From a virus (Duplodnaviria; Caudoviricetes), in the IMG/VR virus record IMGVR_UViG_3300049167_000222, positions 1 to 46,542 of that record: a stretch of DNA of 46,542 nt, one strand, 5' to 3'. This document shows, piece by piece, positions 37,151 to 45,262 of this stretch. The position numbers and the translations under genes were made by a program. How positions within the stretch are numbered: the stretch's first letter is position 1; the number at the start of each line of letters is the position of its first letter. The notes beneath the pieces are model-generated. The model saw only the letters and a list, made by a program, of their open reading frames with translations, searched no databases and had not been told where the DNA came from.

Positions 37151-38294
37151 CCAACCGCTTTTTCGCGTCCACCGTTCGCAGATCATGCCCGCCATCGACG
37201 CCGCGTTCGAGGCGGCGGACACGCGCGCCAAGATTCCGATCCTCAACAATCTGCTTCTTCGGCCGGACGGTGATCGACTATTCATACGCGGTACAAACCT
37301 CGACATCGAGATCGAGGCGGCTTGCGAATTGCTCGAAGAGTGCTCCAGCATGTCGATAACGGTCGCTGCGACGCGCCTGCGGGAAATTGTTCGCTCGCTG
37401 CCGGAAGCCGCCGAGATCGTGTTCGCACCAGGCAAGTCCGAAGGGCAGATCCGCCTTTCGGCGGCCGGTTCCCGGTTTACGATCTCTACGCTTCCGGAGC
37501 GGGACTTTCCGTCTCTCGGAGCAAATGTCGCCGGCACGTCCTTTGTGGTCGATCCCCAGGCCTTGTCTGATGCCTTCCGCAAAGTTTCTTATGTCGTAGA
37601 CAGCGGGGATAATGTGCGGATCTACTTATCCGGCATCCATATTCATCCGAATGAGGACGGCTCTAAGCTCTGCGTCGTTGCCGGATCTAATCGCGGGCTC
37701 GCGGTTGTCCGGGTGAACTCCCGCAACAAGGCCGAGTTTCCCGGTATCATTCTGTCACTCGATACCGCAGCAGCCATACGCAAGCTGTTCGCCGAGGCCA
37801 AAGAGCCCCTGACGCTCACTATTTCCGAAATCAAGATCAAGATCGAGTGTGGCGACGTCACTATCGTCTCACGCCTGATCGATGGAATTTTCCCGCGTGA
37901 GTATCTCAATCTCGTACCGAAGGATGTAACGCGCAGGGTATTGGCGTCCGTCGACGCCATGCAGACTTCGATCCGACGCGCCGCGCTCGTTGCTGCGGAC
38001 TACACCAAGGACGGCATGCTTCTGACCGTGGAGCCGGGTCGGCTCCGGCTTGAGGTTGCCAGCCTGCAGGGTGAATCGGCAATCGATTATGCGCCAGTCG
38101 AATTGGACGGCGAGCCGGGTCTATCGATGGGCTTCAACGCAAAGACGTTCCTCGGAACACTCGCGGCGGTCGCGACGCAGGACGTGCGGATTGAATTCGC
38201 CAACCCACAACAGCCAATCATTTTCCGTTTGACCGACGATCGCGACGAATTTTTCGCGCTGTCGCCCATGATGGCGAGAGGGGCGGAGGCATGA
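37143..38294 (+). CDS. dnaN: DNA polymerase III beta sliding clamp homologue (phage-encoded)
   Basis: IPILNNLLL, GTNLDIEI, LPERDFP, SRLIDGIFP, MGFN, SPM; GTG start at 37143. Confidence 0.9.
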   Translation: MDDQPLFRVHRSQIMPAIDAAFEAADTRAKIPILNNLLLRPDGDRLFIRGTNLDIEIEAACELLEECSSMSITVAATRLREIVRSLPEAAEIVFAPGKSEGQIRLSAAGSRFTISTLPERDFPSLGANVAGTSFVVDPQALSDAFRKVSYVVDSGDNVRIYLSGIHIHPNEDGSKLCVVAGSNRGLAVVRVNSRNKAEFPGIILSLDTAAAIRKLFAEAKEPLTLTISEIKIKIECGDVTIVSRLIDGIFPREYLNLVPKDVTRRVLASVDAMQTSIRRAALVAADYTKDGMLLTVEPGRLRLEVASLQGESAIDYAPVELDGEPGLSMGFNAKTFLGTLAAVATQDVRIEFANPQQPIIFRLTDDRDEFFALSPMMARGAEA

Positions 38295-38860
38295 GGGGGT
38301 TTGATCTTTTTGCATCGCTCGCAGCGCCAGAACCCGAAATCCATAAGACCGCCATCCTGTCCGATCGCGGTACCTATCGTTACCGCCTGACCCGTCAATG
38401 GGATCTCGCCAAGGTCATGTTGCCGGTCTGCATGCTGAACCCTTCGACGGCCGATGCGGAAAGGGACGACCCGACGATCAGGACGCTGATGCGCTTCGCT
38501 GGCAACTGGGGTTATGGCGGCGTCACCGTTATCAACCTCTTTGCGATCCGCACTTCGCTTCCACAGGAAATGAAGCGGCACAAATGGCCGCATGGCGCCG
38601 ATAACCGCATGCATATCGAGCAGGTACTGGCGACCGCACGCAACAGCTCGACGCCGGTCCTTGCCGCGTGGGGTAACGACGGCGCCCATTGGGCTCGTCA
38701 GGACGAACAGTTCTGCAAGATCGCTAAGACGGCGATGGTGGATCTCGTCTGCCTCGGCCTGACCAAGGACGGCTTTCCCAAGCATCCGCTTGCGCGCGGT
38801 AAGCATCGCATCCCCTCCGACCAGAAGCCCATCATGTGGCGCCGTTGGATGGAGGGCTGA
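38291..38860 (+). CDS. DUF1643-family protein
   Basis: YRYRLTRQW, MLNPSTAD..DDPT, NLFA, AAWG, PKHPL. Confidence 0.88.
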   Translation: MRGFDLFASLAAPEPEIHKTAILSDRGTYRYRLTRQWDLAKVMLPVCMLNPSTADAERDDPTIRTLMRFAGNWGYGGVTVINLFAIRTSLPQEMKRHKWPHGADNRMHIEQVLATARNSSTPVLAAWGNDGAHWARQDEQFCKIAKTAMVDLVCLGLTKDGFPKHPLARGKHRIPSDQKPIMWRRWMEG

Positions 38861-38863
38861 GCG

Positions 38864-39376
38864 GTGGCGACGCTTGCGGACAAAGAACGGCTGGATGCGA
38901 TCAGGACGCGACACGGCGAGGCAAGCACAAGCTGGACGCTCTCGGTCGACGGAAGGCGCGCCGAGCACCTTTACGCTCAACTGCTACCGAATATGCCGCC
39001 AGCCAGGCTGGTCACCCTCACTGAAGACTGCGGCTATCAGGACCGCGATTTTCTGCTCTCCGCCCATTCCGACATTCAGTTCCTCCTGCGGCTTTTGGCC
39101 GATGCGTTCCGCACGATCCGCAGCCTGAAAGAAACCCCCGAGACAAAAAAAGCCGACTTCGCCGCCGAATGCGCGATGAAGTGCGACGATCCAGTGTTCA
39201 GGCGGTATCTGTTCGAGTGCCACCAGGTCGACACGCAGGACCGCGAAAGGATCGCTATTCGCGTCCGCTCGATGCTGGCGATCAGCTCGCGGTCTGAGCT
39301 GAATTCCAACCCAGAAGCGGCGGCGCGTTGGAAATCCCTGCGCGCCGAATTCGAAGCCTGGAGGATCGCACCATGA
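38864..39376 (+). CDS. Hypothetical phage protein
   Basis: GGAGG RBS; FAAECAMKC..SRSELN..AAARW. Confidence 0.75.
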   Translation: MATLADKERLDAIRTRHGEASTSWTLSVDGRRAEHLYAQLLPNMPPARLVTLTEDCGYQDRDFLLSAHSDIQFLLRLLADAFRTIRSLKETPETKKADFAAECAMKCDDPVFRRYLFECHQVDTQDRERIAIRVRSMLAISSRSELNSNPEAAARWKSLRAEFEAWRIAP

Positions 39377-39711
39377 GCCGGCGCGACGCCATCCGGGAAA
39401 AGATCCTGTCGCGCGTTCGTGTCGATGAGGAGACCGGCTGCTGGATCTGGACCGGACCGACGTCTGGTTCCGCTGGTCGAGGTGCCGGTTATCCGCGCAT
39501 GTCCCTGGGGGGGCAGACTGTCGCGGTGCATCTGGTCATGTGGACCAACGAGCACGGCTATATCCCCGGAAAGAAAGAGATCGACCATTTCTGCCGGAAC
39601 CGCCTCTGCGTGCGGCCGGAGCAGGATCACCTTCAACTCGTCACCCGCAAACGGAACATCCTGCGCCAATGGGAAGCGCGCAAGGCTGCTCTCGTCTGCC
39701 AGGAGGTCTGA
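39373..39711 (+). CDS. HNH endonuclease
   Basis: CWIWTG..IDHFCRNRLCVRP..HL..N. Confidence 0.88.
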   Translation: MSRRDAIREKILSRVRVDEETGCWIWTGPTSGSAGRGAGYPRMSLGGQTVAVHLVMWTNEHGYIPGKKEIDHFCRNRLCVRPEQDHLQLVTRKRNILRQWEARKAALVCQEV

Positions 39712-39713
39712 GC

Positions 39714-40271
39714 ATGCCAAATGACAATCCCGCAGGTTTCGAGCTCGTCGCAAAACACGACAAGGGCCATAGCCTCATTCATGATGTGCCTCTCGGCAAA
39801 TCGTACCGTGTTCGCATGGACGTCTGGGGCGAAGATCACCGCGAGCGCTCGGAGGCAATTGTCGCCGCAGTCAACTCCGCCGCCTACCCACCACCCCAGA
39901 CACATCTGGTTGTGGCCGAGGCGGAAAATTTGTCGCGGATCAACGCCGCGCTTGAGGCCATTCGCACTACATGCGGCACGATGGAGTGTGATGACCGCCA
40001 CCTGATCGGCAGAGAGACGCTCGCGGCACTACGAGACGCCGCGAAGCTCATCAACGAGCTTGTCTGGAAAACCTGTGATCTGCCATCACCCCAATCGAAA
40101 GCGGATGCCGCAATTTTCGAGGAAGCCGCCCGCCTCGTCAGCGACATCGATAACTTTCATCCAGATGACCATTGCGCAATTTCTTTGATGGAACAGGCAG
40201 GCGAGGTTCTAACAAGGCGTTGCAGTATGTGGCCCCCATCCCCCGAGACACATGTGGTGGGCGAAGAATGA
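39714..40271 (+). CDS. Modular hypothetical protein with three PxP[QE][TS] motifs
   Basis: GGAGG RBS; PPPQTH, PSPQSK, PSPETH. Confidence 0.7.
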   Translation: MPNDNPAGFELVAKHDKGHSLIHDVPLGKSYRVRMDVWGEDHRERSEAIVAAVNSAAYPPPQTHLVVAEAENLSRINAALEAIRTTCGTMECDDRHLIGRETLAALRDAAKLINELVWKTCDLPSPQSKADAAIFEEAARLVSDIDNFHPDDHCAISLMEQAGEVLTRRCSMWPPSPETHVVGEE

Positions 40272-40972
40272 GGCCGTTCTTCAGCTACTACGGCGCAAAG
40301 TGGACCGGCGCGAAGCATTACGGACCGCCTCGCCATGACCTCGTGATCGAGCCGTTCGCCGGATCAGCGAGCTATTCGACACGATGGGACTGCAAGCGCG
40401 TCAAGCTGTACGACGTTTCGCGTGACATCTGCGATCTGTGGTCATGGCTTATCGGCTGCAGCGTTGAGGACGTTTGCCGCATGCCAGATGCGTTTGAAGA
40501 CTATTCCGAAGTGCTCGAGCTCGAGCGCGGTCCCCAACTGCTCGCACGTTTCTGGATCTCGAAAGGGAGAGCGGAGCCGTCGAACACCTTATCGCCCTGG
40601 TACTTCCAGTGGCGCGGCGAGACGGATTGCCGCGTTTGGGGGCCAGCGGTCAAGCGCAGGCTCGTCGAGCAGAAGCCGCTGATTGACCGCTGGACGATCG
40701 AGCGAAAGGCGTGGTGGGAAATCGAAGTCGAGCACGCCCATTGGCACATAGACCCGCCTTACAGCAATGAGGCGGGCCGCAGATACCCCAATTCATCCCT
40801 TAGCTTTTCTTCTCTGGCGGCATGGTGCCGAGGTCTGCCCGGTCCTGTGGACGTCTGCGAGAACGTCGGAGCCGACTGGCTTCCATTCGAGCCGCTTTAT
40901 GAAGTTGTCACCAGTCGCGGCCGGCGTAGCGGCTACGCTTCGAAAGAGGCTGTTTGGAGGAACGCAGCATGA
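40268..40972 (+). CDS. Dam-like DNA adenine methyltransferase
   Basis: FFSYYGAKW, IEPFAGSASY, IDPPY. Confidence 0.85.
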   Translation: MRPFFSYYGAKWTGAKHYGPPRHDLVIEPFAGSASYSTRWDCKRVKLYDVSRDICDLWSWLIGCSVEDVCRMPDAFEDYSEVLELERGPQLLARFWISKGRAEPSNTLSPWYFQWRGETDCRVWGPAVKRRLVEQKPLIDRWTIERKAWWEIEVEHAHWHIDPPYSNEAGRRYPNSSLSFSSLAAWCRGLPGPVDVCENVGADWLPFEPLYEVVTSRGRRSGYASKEAVWRNAA

Positions 40973-41337
40973 GCAAGACCAAATCCCCATCGCCCCAAAC
41001 GAATTTGCGGGTGACGCCCGAGATAGCCGCACGTGTTCTCTATGACAACTGGTCGGGTCTGGCTAGCTTACCCAGCCCTGCGCGTGAGCTGGCATCACAA
41101 GGCCACTTCTTTTCGGCCTTACGCCTATTATTCGAACCGGATGCTGATCTGACAAAGCCGCCGGAATCCATGCCAGCGCCGGAGACTCAGAAGCCGGTTC
41201 TGTATGTCAGCGAGAAACAGCTTGCGCAGTGCATCGGGACATACTTGCCGACGCGAGCAGAGGCGGAAGGCAACTTCCAACTTGCGCTCTATCGTCATCC
41301 CCCAACACCCCAATCGAGGGAGGGCTCGGCGAAATGA
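40969..41337 (+). CDS. Modular hypothetical protein with three PxP[QE][TS] motifs
   Basis: GGAGG RBS, ATGA coupling; PSPQTN, PAPETQ, PTPQSR. Confidence 0.7.
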   Translation: MSKTKSPSPQTNLRVTPEIAARVLYDNWSGLASLPSPARELASQGHFFSALRLLFEPDADLTKPPESMPAPETQKPVLYVSEKQLAQCIGTYLPTRAEAEGNFQLALYRHPPTPQSREGSAK

Positions 41338-41338
41338 T

Positions 41339-41521
41339 CTACAAGCTGGAACAATCGCCAATAGAGCAACCCACGATGAGAATTAAGAACATCAAAATGG
41401 GCAAGCCGACCGCAAGGGAAAGCGCCGCTCCAACGATAAAGAGCACCAAGAAAAGCGTAACGCGGGTCACGAGCACTGCGGTGACGTCCCTTTGCTGCTG
41501 GGGAGTTCTGCCGTCTAGCAT
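41339..41521 (-). CDS. Small two-TM membrane protein (antisense cargo)
   Basis: MLDGRTP..TLFLVLFIVGAALSLAVGLPILMFLILIVG; GAAGG RBS. Confidence 0.55.
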   Translation of the reverse strand: MLDGRTPQQQRDVTAVLVTRVTLFLVLFIVGAALSLAVGLPILMFLILIVGCSIGDCSSL

Positions 41522-41618
41522 TGATTTGCCTTCGATTACGCCAAACCAGATCGTAGGGCATTGTTGGCGACGGTCCAAGTCCCCATCACCTGAGTTGAAT
41601 ATGGAGCAGTGCTTTCAC

Positions 41619-41816
41619 TTAATCCTTCCATTGGAGACGCCGAGCGCGCCAGATGACTTTCGCCTTAGCTTCGATTTCATCGGCGGACCAGCGCGGATAT
41701 TTGGTCGCGAGGTTCAGCGAAAGAGCCCTGAGATTCGCGATAATCTCTCGGTGGTCGCTGGCTGCCGTCGCTTGGGCGTGAAGCTCCGCCATCAACCGCA
41801 CATCGTCGTCACTCAT
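41619..41816 (-). CDS. 65-aa hypothetical protein (antisense cargo)
   Basis: AGGAG RBS; helical, protein-like composition. Confidence 0.6.
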   Translation of the reverse strand: MSDDDVRLMAELHAQATAASDHREIIANLRALSLNLATKYPRWSADEIEAKAKVIWRARRLQWKD

Positions 41817-42029
41817 CGGTGGCTCCTATCATCAGATTGCTGGCCAATACATGCAGAGAGCCCCCAAACTCGGCAAGGCCACCTCCCAATCAACCCCGCT
41901 CCCCAACCGAATGTGAATGAGGGCATGGTTCGCAAGGGCGGGATCAACCCGACGCCGAGCAACGTGATTTCTCGGCCTGCCCCTCCGGGACCGACACAAC
42001 TCCCCGCGCCCCAGGATCATTCGCGGGAA

Positions 42030-42812
42030 TCATTTGTGACGCCAGACCTTCACGGCAGACAACAACAGAATGACAGCGAGGAGCGGCAAGAGCACGAAAC
42101 TTGGGATGATATCGAGCAGACGGCCACCGATGAATGTGCCAACGATCGAACCCGCCGCCATCAGCAACACAAATGCCCCGTTGCGGCGGATAGTCGAGAA
42201 GCTCTGGTCTTGACTGTAACGCGCGAAGCCGACGAGCATAGTCGGCAGGCTGACGGCGAGAGACAAGCTTCCGGCCAATTTAATATCGGCGCCGAAGAGC
42301 AGGACGAGCGTCGGGATAAGCAGCTCGCCGCCCGCAACCCCGAGGAGCGCCGCGACAACACCGATTATGAAGCCCGCGACGACGCCGGCAGCGATCTGCA
42401 ATCCGCCTGTGACAAGCGGCTGCCCTGTCCCCGCCCCATGGCCGACGACGAGGACGACCGCGATCGCCACCAGCATAATTGCAATGACACGGTACAGGGT
42501 CTCCGATCGGAGCCGGGTTGCCCATCCAGCGCCGAACCAGGCACCGAGCAGGCTGCCGGCGAGCAGATTGATGATGATCGGCCAGTGGGTCAGGACTTCG
42601 TCCCATGGTACCGTCGCGGTACGGAAAGGCAGAGCCGTGGCCACAACGACCAAGCTCATGGCCTTGTTGAGGATTACGGCCTCAAGACCGGGAAAGCCGA
42701 ACAGACCAATCAAGAGCGGGAGCCGGAATTCCGCACCACCCAGTCCGATCAGGCCGCCGAGGGTGCCGATGAGTGCGCCACCTGCGAAGGCAGCGAATTT
42801 GTTGTCACGCAT
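42030..42812 (-). CDS. Sulfite exporter TauE/SafE family membrane protein (antisense cargo)
   Basis: GGLIGLGGAEFRLP and LLGVAGGELLIP internal repeats; multi-TM. Confidence 0.9.
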   Translation of the reverse strand: MRDNKFAAFAGGALIGTLGGLIGLGGAEFRLPLLIGLFGFPGLEAVILNKAMSLVVVATALPFRTATVPWDEVLTHWPIIINLLAGSLLGAWFGAGWATRLRSETLYRVIAIMLVAIAVVLVVGHGAGTGQPLVTGGLQIAAGVVAGFIIGVVAALLGVAGGELLIPTLVLLFGADIKLAGSLSLAVSLPTMLVGFARYSQDQSFSTIRRNGAFVLLMAAGSIVGTFIGGRLLDIIPSFVLLPLLAVILLLSAVKVWRHK

Positions 42813-42876
42813 GATTCTGTCTCCCGTTGCGGAGACGGTATAATCGATAGTTCCGGGGAAACATATCGAGCGCGCG

Positions 42877-42936
42877 CGACCCCACCACCCGAAACACAGA
42901 CGAAGGGCGTAAGTCAGGTTTCGGGTGGTGGGGTCG
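42877..42936. repeat. Perfect 19-bp inverted repeat, 22-nt spacer
   Basis: CGACCCCACCACCCGAAAC (42877-95) / GTTTCGGGTGGTGGGGTCG (42918-36). Confidence 0.95.
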
Positions 42937-43168
42937 GTGCGGATATCGAGACTGGAAGTTTCGCTTCAAATCGTGCGATTTCCAACATCAAAGAAAACAT
43001 CGCTCGATCGATTGGACCCTCCACGAGGGAATCAGGATCGGAACTTGCAACGATAATGGTCCGATCGACGAGGAAGGTCTGTTGCTCTTCAGTAGGAGCG
43101 ATGTGTTTTGCCCACCTCATGAGGAGGGGTCTTGCATCAGAAAATCGGGAAGCTTGGGATGGTAACAT
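42914..43168 (-). CDS. 84-aa hypothetical protein (antisense cargo)
   Basis: GGAGGAG RBS before MLPSQ; ends in PTPPPET encoded by the inverted motif. Confidence 0.65.
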   Translation of the reverse strand: MLPSQASRFSDARPLLMRWAKHIAPTEEQQTFLVDRTIIVASSDPDSLVEGPIDRAMFSLMLEIARFEAKLPVSISAPTPPPET

Positions 43169-43334
43169 TACCGCTCCTCCTGACTCATTGCAGGCGGGAG
43201 CACTTATGAGCCCTCTGTCGTCACCGCCCACGTATCCACTTGGTGACGATTGTACCGAAATAGGCCTGTTCGCCGGGTTGTCCACCCCATCACCCGAAAC
43301 GACATTGCAGCGACCCGGGCAACCGCGACTAGAT

Positions 43335-43424
43335 TCAAAGGTCGATCGGGTGGCGGCAGGCCGCATAGACAAGGACTGCTGCGACTACGAGCAAAACGAC
43401 TGCAGTGGCTACAATAAAGATCAT
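43335..43424 (-). CDS. 29-aa hydrophobic peptide (not in ORF track)
   Basis: Hand translation MIFIVATAVVLLVVAAVLVYAACRHPIDL*. Confidence 0.5.
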   Translation of the reverse strand: MIFIVATAVVLLVVAAVLVYAACRHPIDL

Positions 43425-43583
43425 GGCGCCCAATCCGCCGTAGCTCCAATCGTTCCCGGCGAATTAACAAATGTTAAAATGGGCGCCGCCCGATCCCCCG
43501 ACGCGATTCAAGGAAGGCCCGCGCTGGTCCGCCAGGGCGCAGGCCTTCCGCCAAACTCAAAACATGGCCAAGGGGAAATAGAG

Positions 43584-43844
43584 ATGAGCAAAGTCCCGTC
43601 AAGCCCGCCGCCCCCGGTCAATGTGGAGCGCACAGACCGGGACGATGGCATCACATTTGGCATCGCAATGTCCGTTGCCTTCCTGATCCGTGATCGCGAC
43701 GAACCGTCGATCGCTCGCGAGTGGTGGGATGCAGCCGGCCTAACGATCGAACAGTGCGAAGGCGTCGGCTTGGATGAATATGACCTAGCGCCAATCCGCG
43801 CCGGCCTTGCCGCTACCGCGACGGGGGGCTCCGACCGTGGATGA
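43584..43844 (+). CDS. 86-aa phage protein (internal start of the long frame)
   Basis: AGGGGA RBS; MSKVPSSPPPPVNV resembles MSKTKSPSPQTNL at 40969; globular-looking remainder. Confidence 0.7.
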   Translation: MSKVPSSPPPPVNVERTDRDDGITFGIAMSVAFLIRDRDEPSIAREWWDAAGLTIEQCEGVGLDEYDLAPIRAGLAATATGGSDRG

Positions 43845-43872
43845 TAAGGTTATCGCTCTCGCCCAGGGAGGG

Positions 43873-44109
43873 TTACCCCTGCCAATCGCCCGAGTAATGC
43901 AACTGACCAACGAACACCTTGGCGTCCGCCTCATCGCGGACGTTGACTATGATTTTGACCGCCTGCTCCTTCGGGACTTCGTCCCGCGCAAGATCAGTCA
44001 CAATCTTGGCCGCCTCTCTCCGAACAGCGTCTGGGTCAGGAAGTTCAACCCCTTCGTCATCTCGCATCGGGCCTTCACCGTTGATGACGTCGAAGAAGTA
44101 TCTGGGCAT
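43873..44109 (-). CDS. DUF6894-like protein (antisense cargo)
   Basis: MPRYFFDV..RDDEGVELPD..VRDE. Confidence 0.85.
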   Translation of the reverse strand: MPRYFFDVINGEGPMRDDEGVELPDPDAVRREAAKIVTDLARDEVPKEQAVKIIVNVRDEADAKVFVGQLHYSGDWQG

Positions 44110-44138
44110 GCATCACCTTTCGTCAGCATAGAAGGCCC

Positions 44139-44165
44139 AAAACCACTCTTTTCCAAAATCGTTCC
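44139..44165 (-). promoter_or_regulatory. Possible EcfG/RpoE2 general-stress promoter
   Basis: Minus GGAAC-N17-GTTT upstream of DUF6894-like gene. Confidence 0.5.
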
Positions 44166-44237
44166 CGGCGGGACCTCGAGCAATATCGAAGCTAACAGGC
44201 GCCAAACGGTCTGGCGCTCGTGCCCCACACCCAAGAT

Positions 44238-44270
44238 GAAAAAGAAAGGCCCGCCGGAGCGGACCCTTCC
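44238..44270 (-). terminator. Intrinsic terminator for antisense cargo transcripts
   Basis: Minus AAGGGTCCGC-tccg-GCGGGCCTTT then CTTTTT. Confidence 0.65.
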
Positions 44271-44438
44271 TCATCAACGGGAAGCCAGCTCGTCAAGGGC
44301 ACTTGAGTCGCCAGCTTCGAAGTCACAACAAGCCCAGGCGCAAGCTGTTCCAATTCCAGCACCTAAAACTCATTTGCCACCGGAGCGGGTTCCGCAGAAT
44401 TCCGGCGGCGTTTACGTCGCATCAGAAAGGGAGCTGCT

Positions 44439-44705
44439 CTAATGATGTCGTCGAGCTTCCAATTCTCCATCATAAGCAGCCAGGAAGAACGCCCTCGCAG
44501 TGTCCGGGTCGGTTTCGCATCGAAGCGCGGCGAAACAGACATCCATCGCTCGAGAATAGGCCGGGACGGATCGCTCGTTGAAGTGGCTCCGCATGTAGCG
44601 GATGGCTTCCGCCGGGCCGCAAATTTTTCGAACTCTCTTCTGCTGCACCAGACAGACCGGCATCCGCCAGCGCGCGCGGAACAATACCGGGATCACATCC
44701 GTCAT
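44439..44705 (-). CDS. DUF982-like protein (antisense cargo)
   Basis: W..PV..GPAEA..AY.RA..C..ARAFFLAA. Confidence 0.8.
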   Translation of the reverse strand: MTDVIPVLFRARWRMPVCLVQQKRVRKICGPAEAIRYMRSHFNERSVPAYSRAMDVCFAALRCETDPDTARAFFLAAYDGELEARRHH

Positions 44706-44870
44706 AGCTCGTTCCCCCTAGCTCTTCTTCATGAGGCTCAGGAGCATATTCGGCCTTTCGATACCAAGAGCCAATTCACCCGGGCTAACCAAAAAGGGGT
44801 AGGTCGCTACACCCGCCGATCGATGGAGCCTGGAATGGAGCAAGAGGAACTTGGAGCCACGGTAAGGGCT

Positions 44871-45134
44871 CTATGCCAGAATATACGCATCAATGGCTGC
44901 CGCAACGAAAGCGTCTCTCGCTATCTCGCTCGATCCGTGGCGCTCAACGGCCATCGTGCAGGCATATTTTGCATTCTCAACCATCTGACCCCGCTCTTTT
45001 GGCCATCGGTTGAGCAGGAAGGTCAATGCCTCGTTTGGCCCGTTAATGGTCTCGGACGGCCCGCGACCAATCCTGACCTGGACTGGTTTCTGCCAAAGGA
45101 CGAGTGCCATCGCCTTTTTAGCTTGAATGGTCAT
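44871..45134 (-). CDS. DUF982-like protein (antisense cargo)
   Basis: WQKPVQV..GPNEALTFLLNRWP..ARDAFVAAAIDA; GGAGGA RBS. Confidence 0.85.
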   Translation of the reverse strand: MTIQAKKAMALVLWQKPVQVRIGRGPSETINGPNEALTFLLNRWPKERGQMVENAKYACTMAVERHGSSEIARDAFVAAAIDAYILA

Positions 45135-45262
45135 TTGTTTCCTCCAACCGATCTCCCGTCGGTGACCTTCAAGTTTATCACGCTCGCAAGAACCGCAATG
45201 AAAAAAGTTAGACGCAGCGCAGCAATCGCCGCTCTCGCCTCCCATGCAGAAGGTGATTACCG

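Larger units (their letters stand above)
41334..43844 (+). other. 836-codon stop-free frame spanning five antisense genes
   Basis: ATGA-coupled start with GAGGGAGGG RBS; product not protein-like except last 86 aa. Confidence 0.5.
39888..44373 (+). repeat. Dispersed degenerate ~18-nt motif CCN-NCN-CCN-SAR-WCN-MAN (12-16 copies)
   Basis: Copies at 39888, 40083, 40236, 40987, 41173, 41302, 41583, 41856, 41895, 42003, 42882, 43287; weaker at 43491, 43605, 44224, 44356. Confidence 0.7.

Noticed and set aside
39888-44373. CRISPR array or classical integron attC array
   Set aside because: Repeats are too degenerate and irregularly spaced (39-879 nt); no cas genes, no RYYYAAC/GTTRRRY hairpins, and int shows no evident IntI-specific insertion
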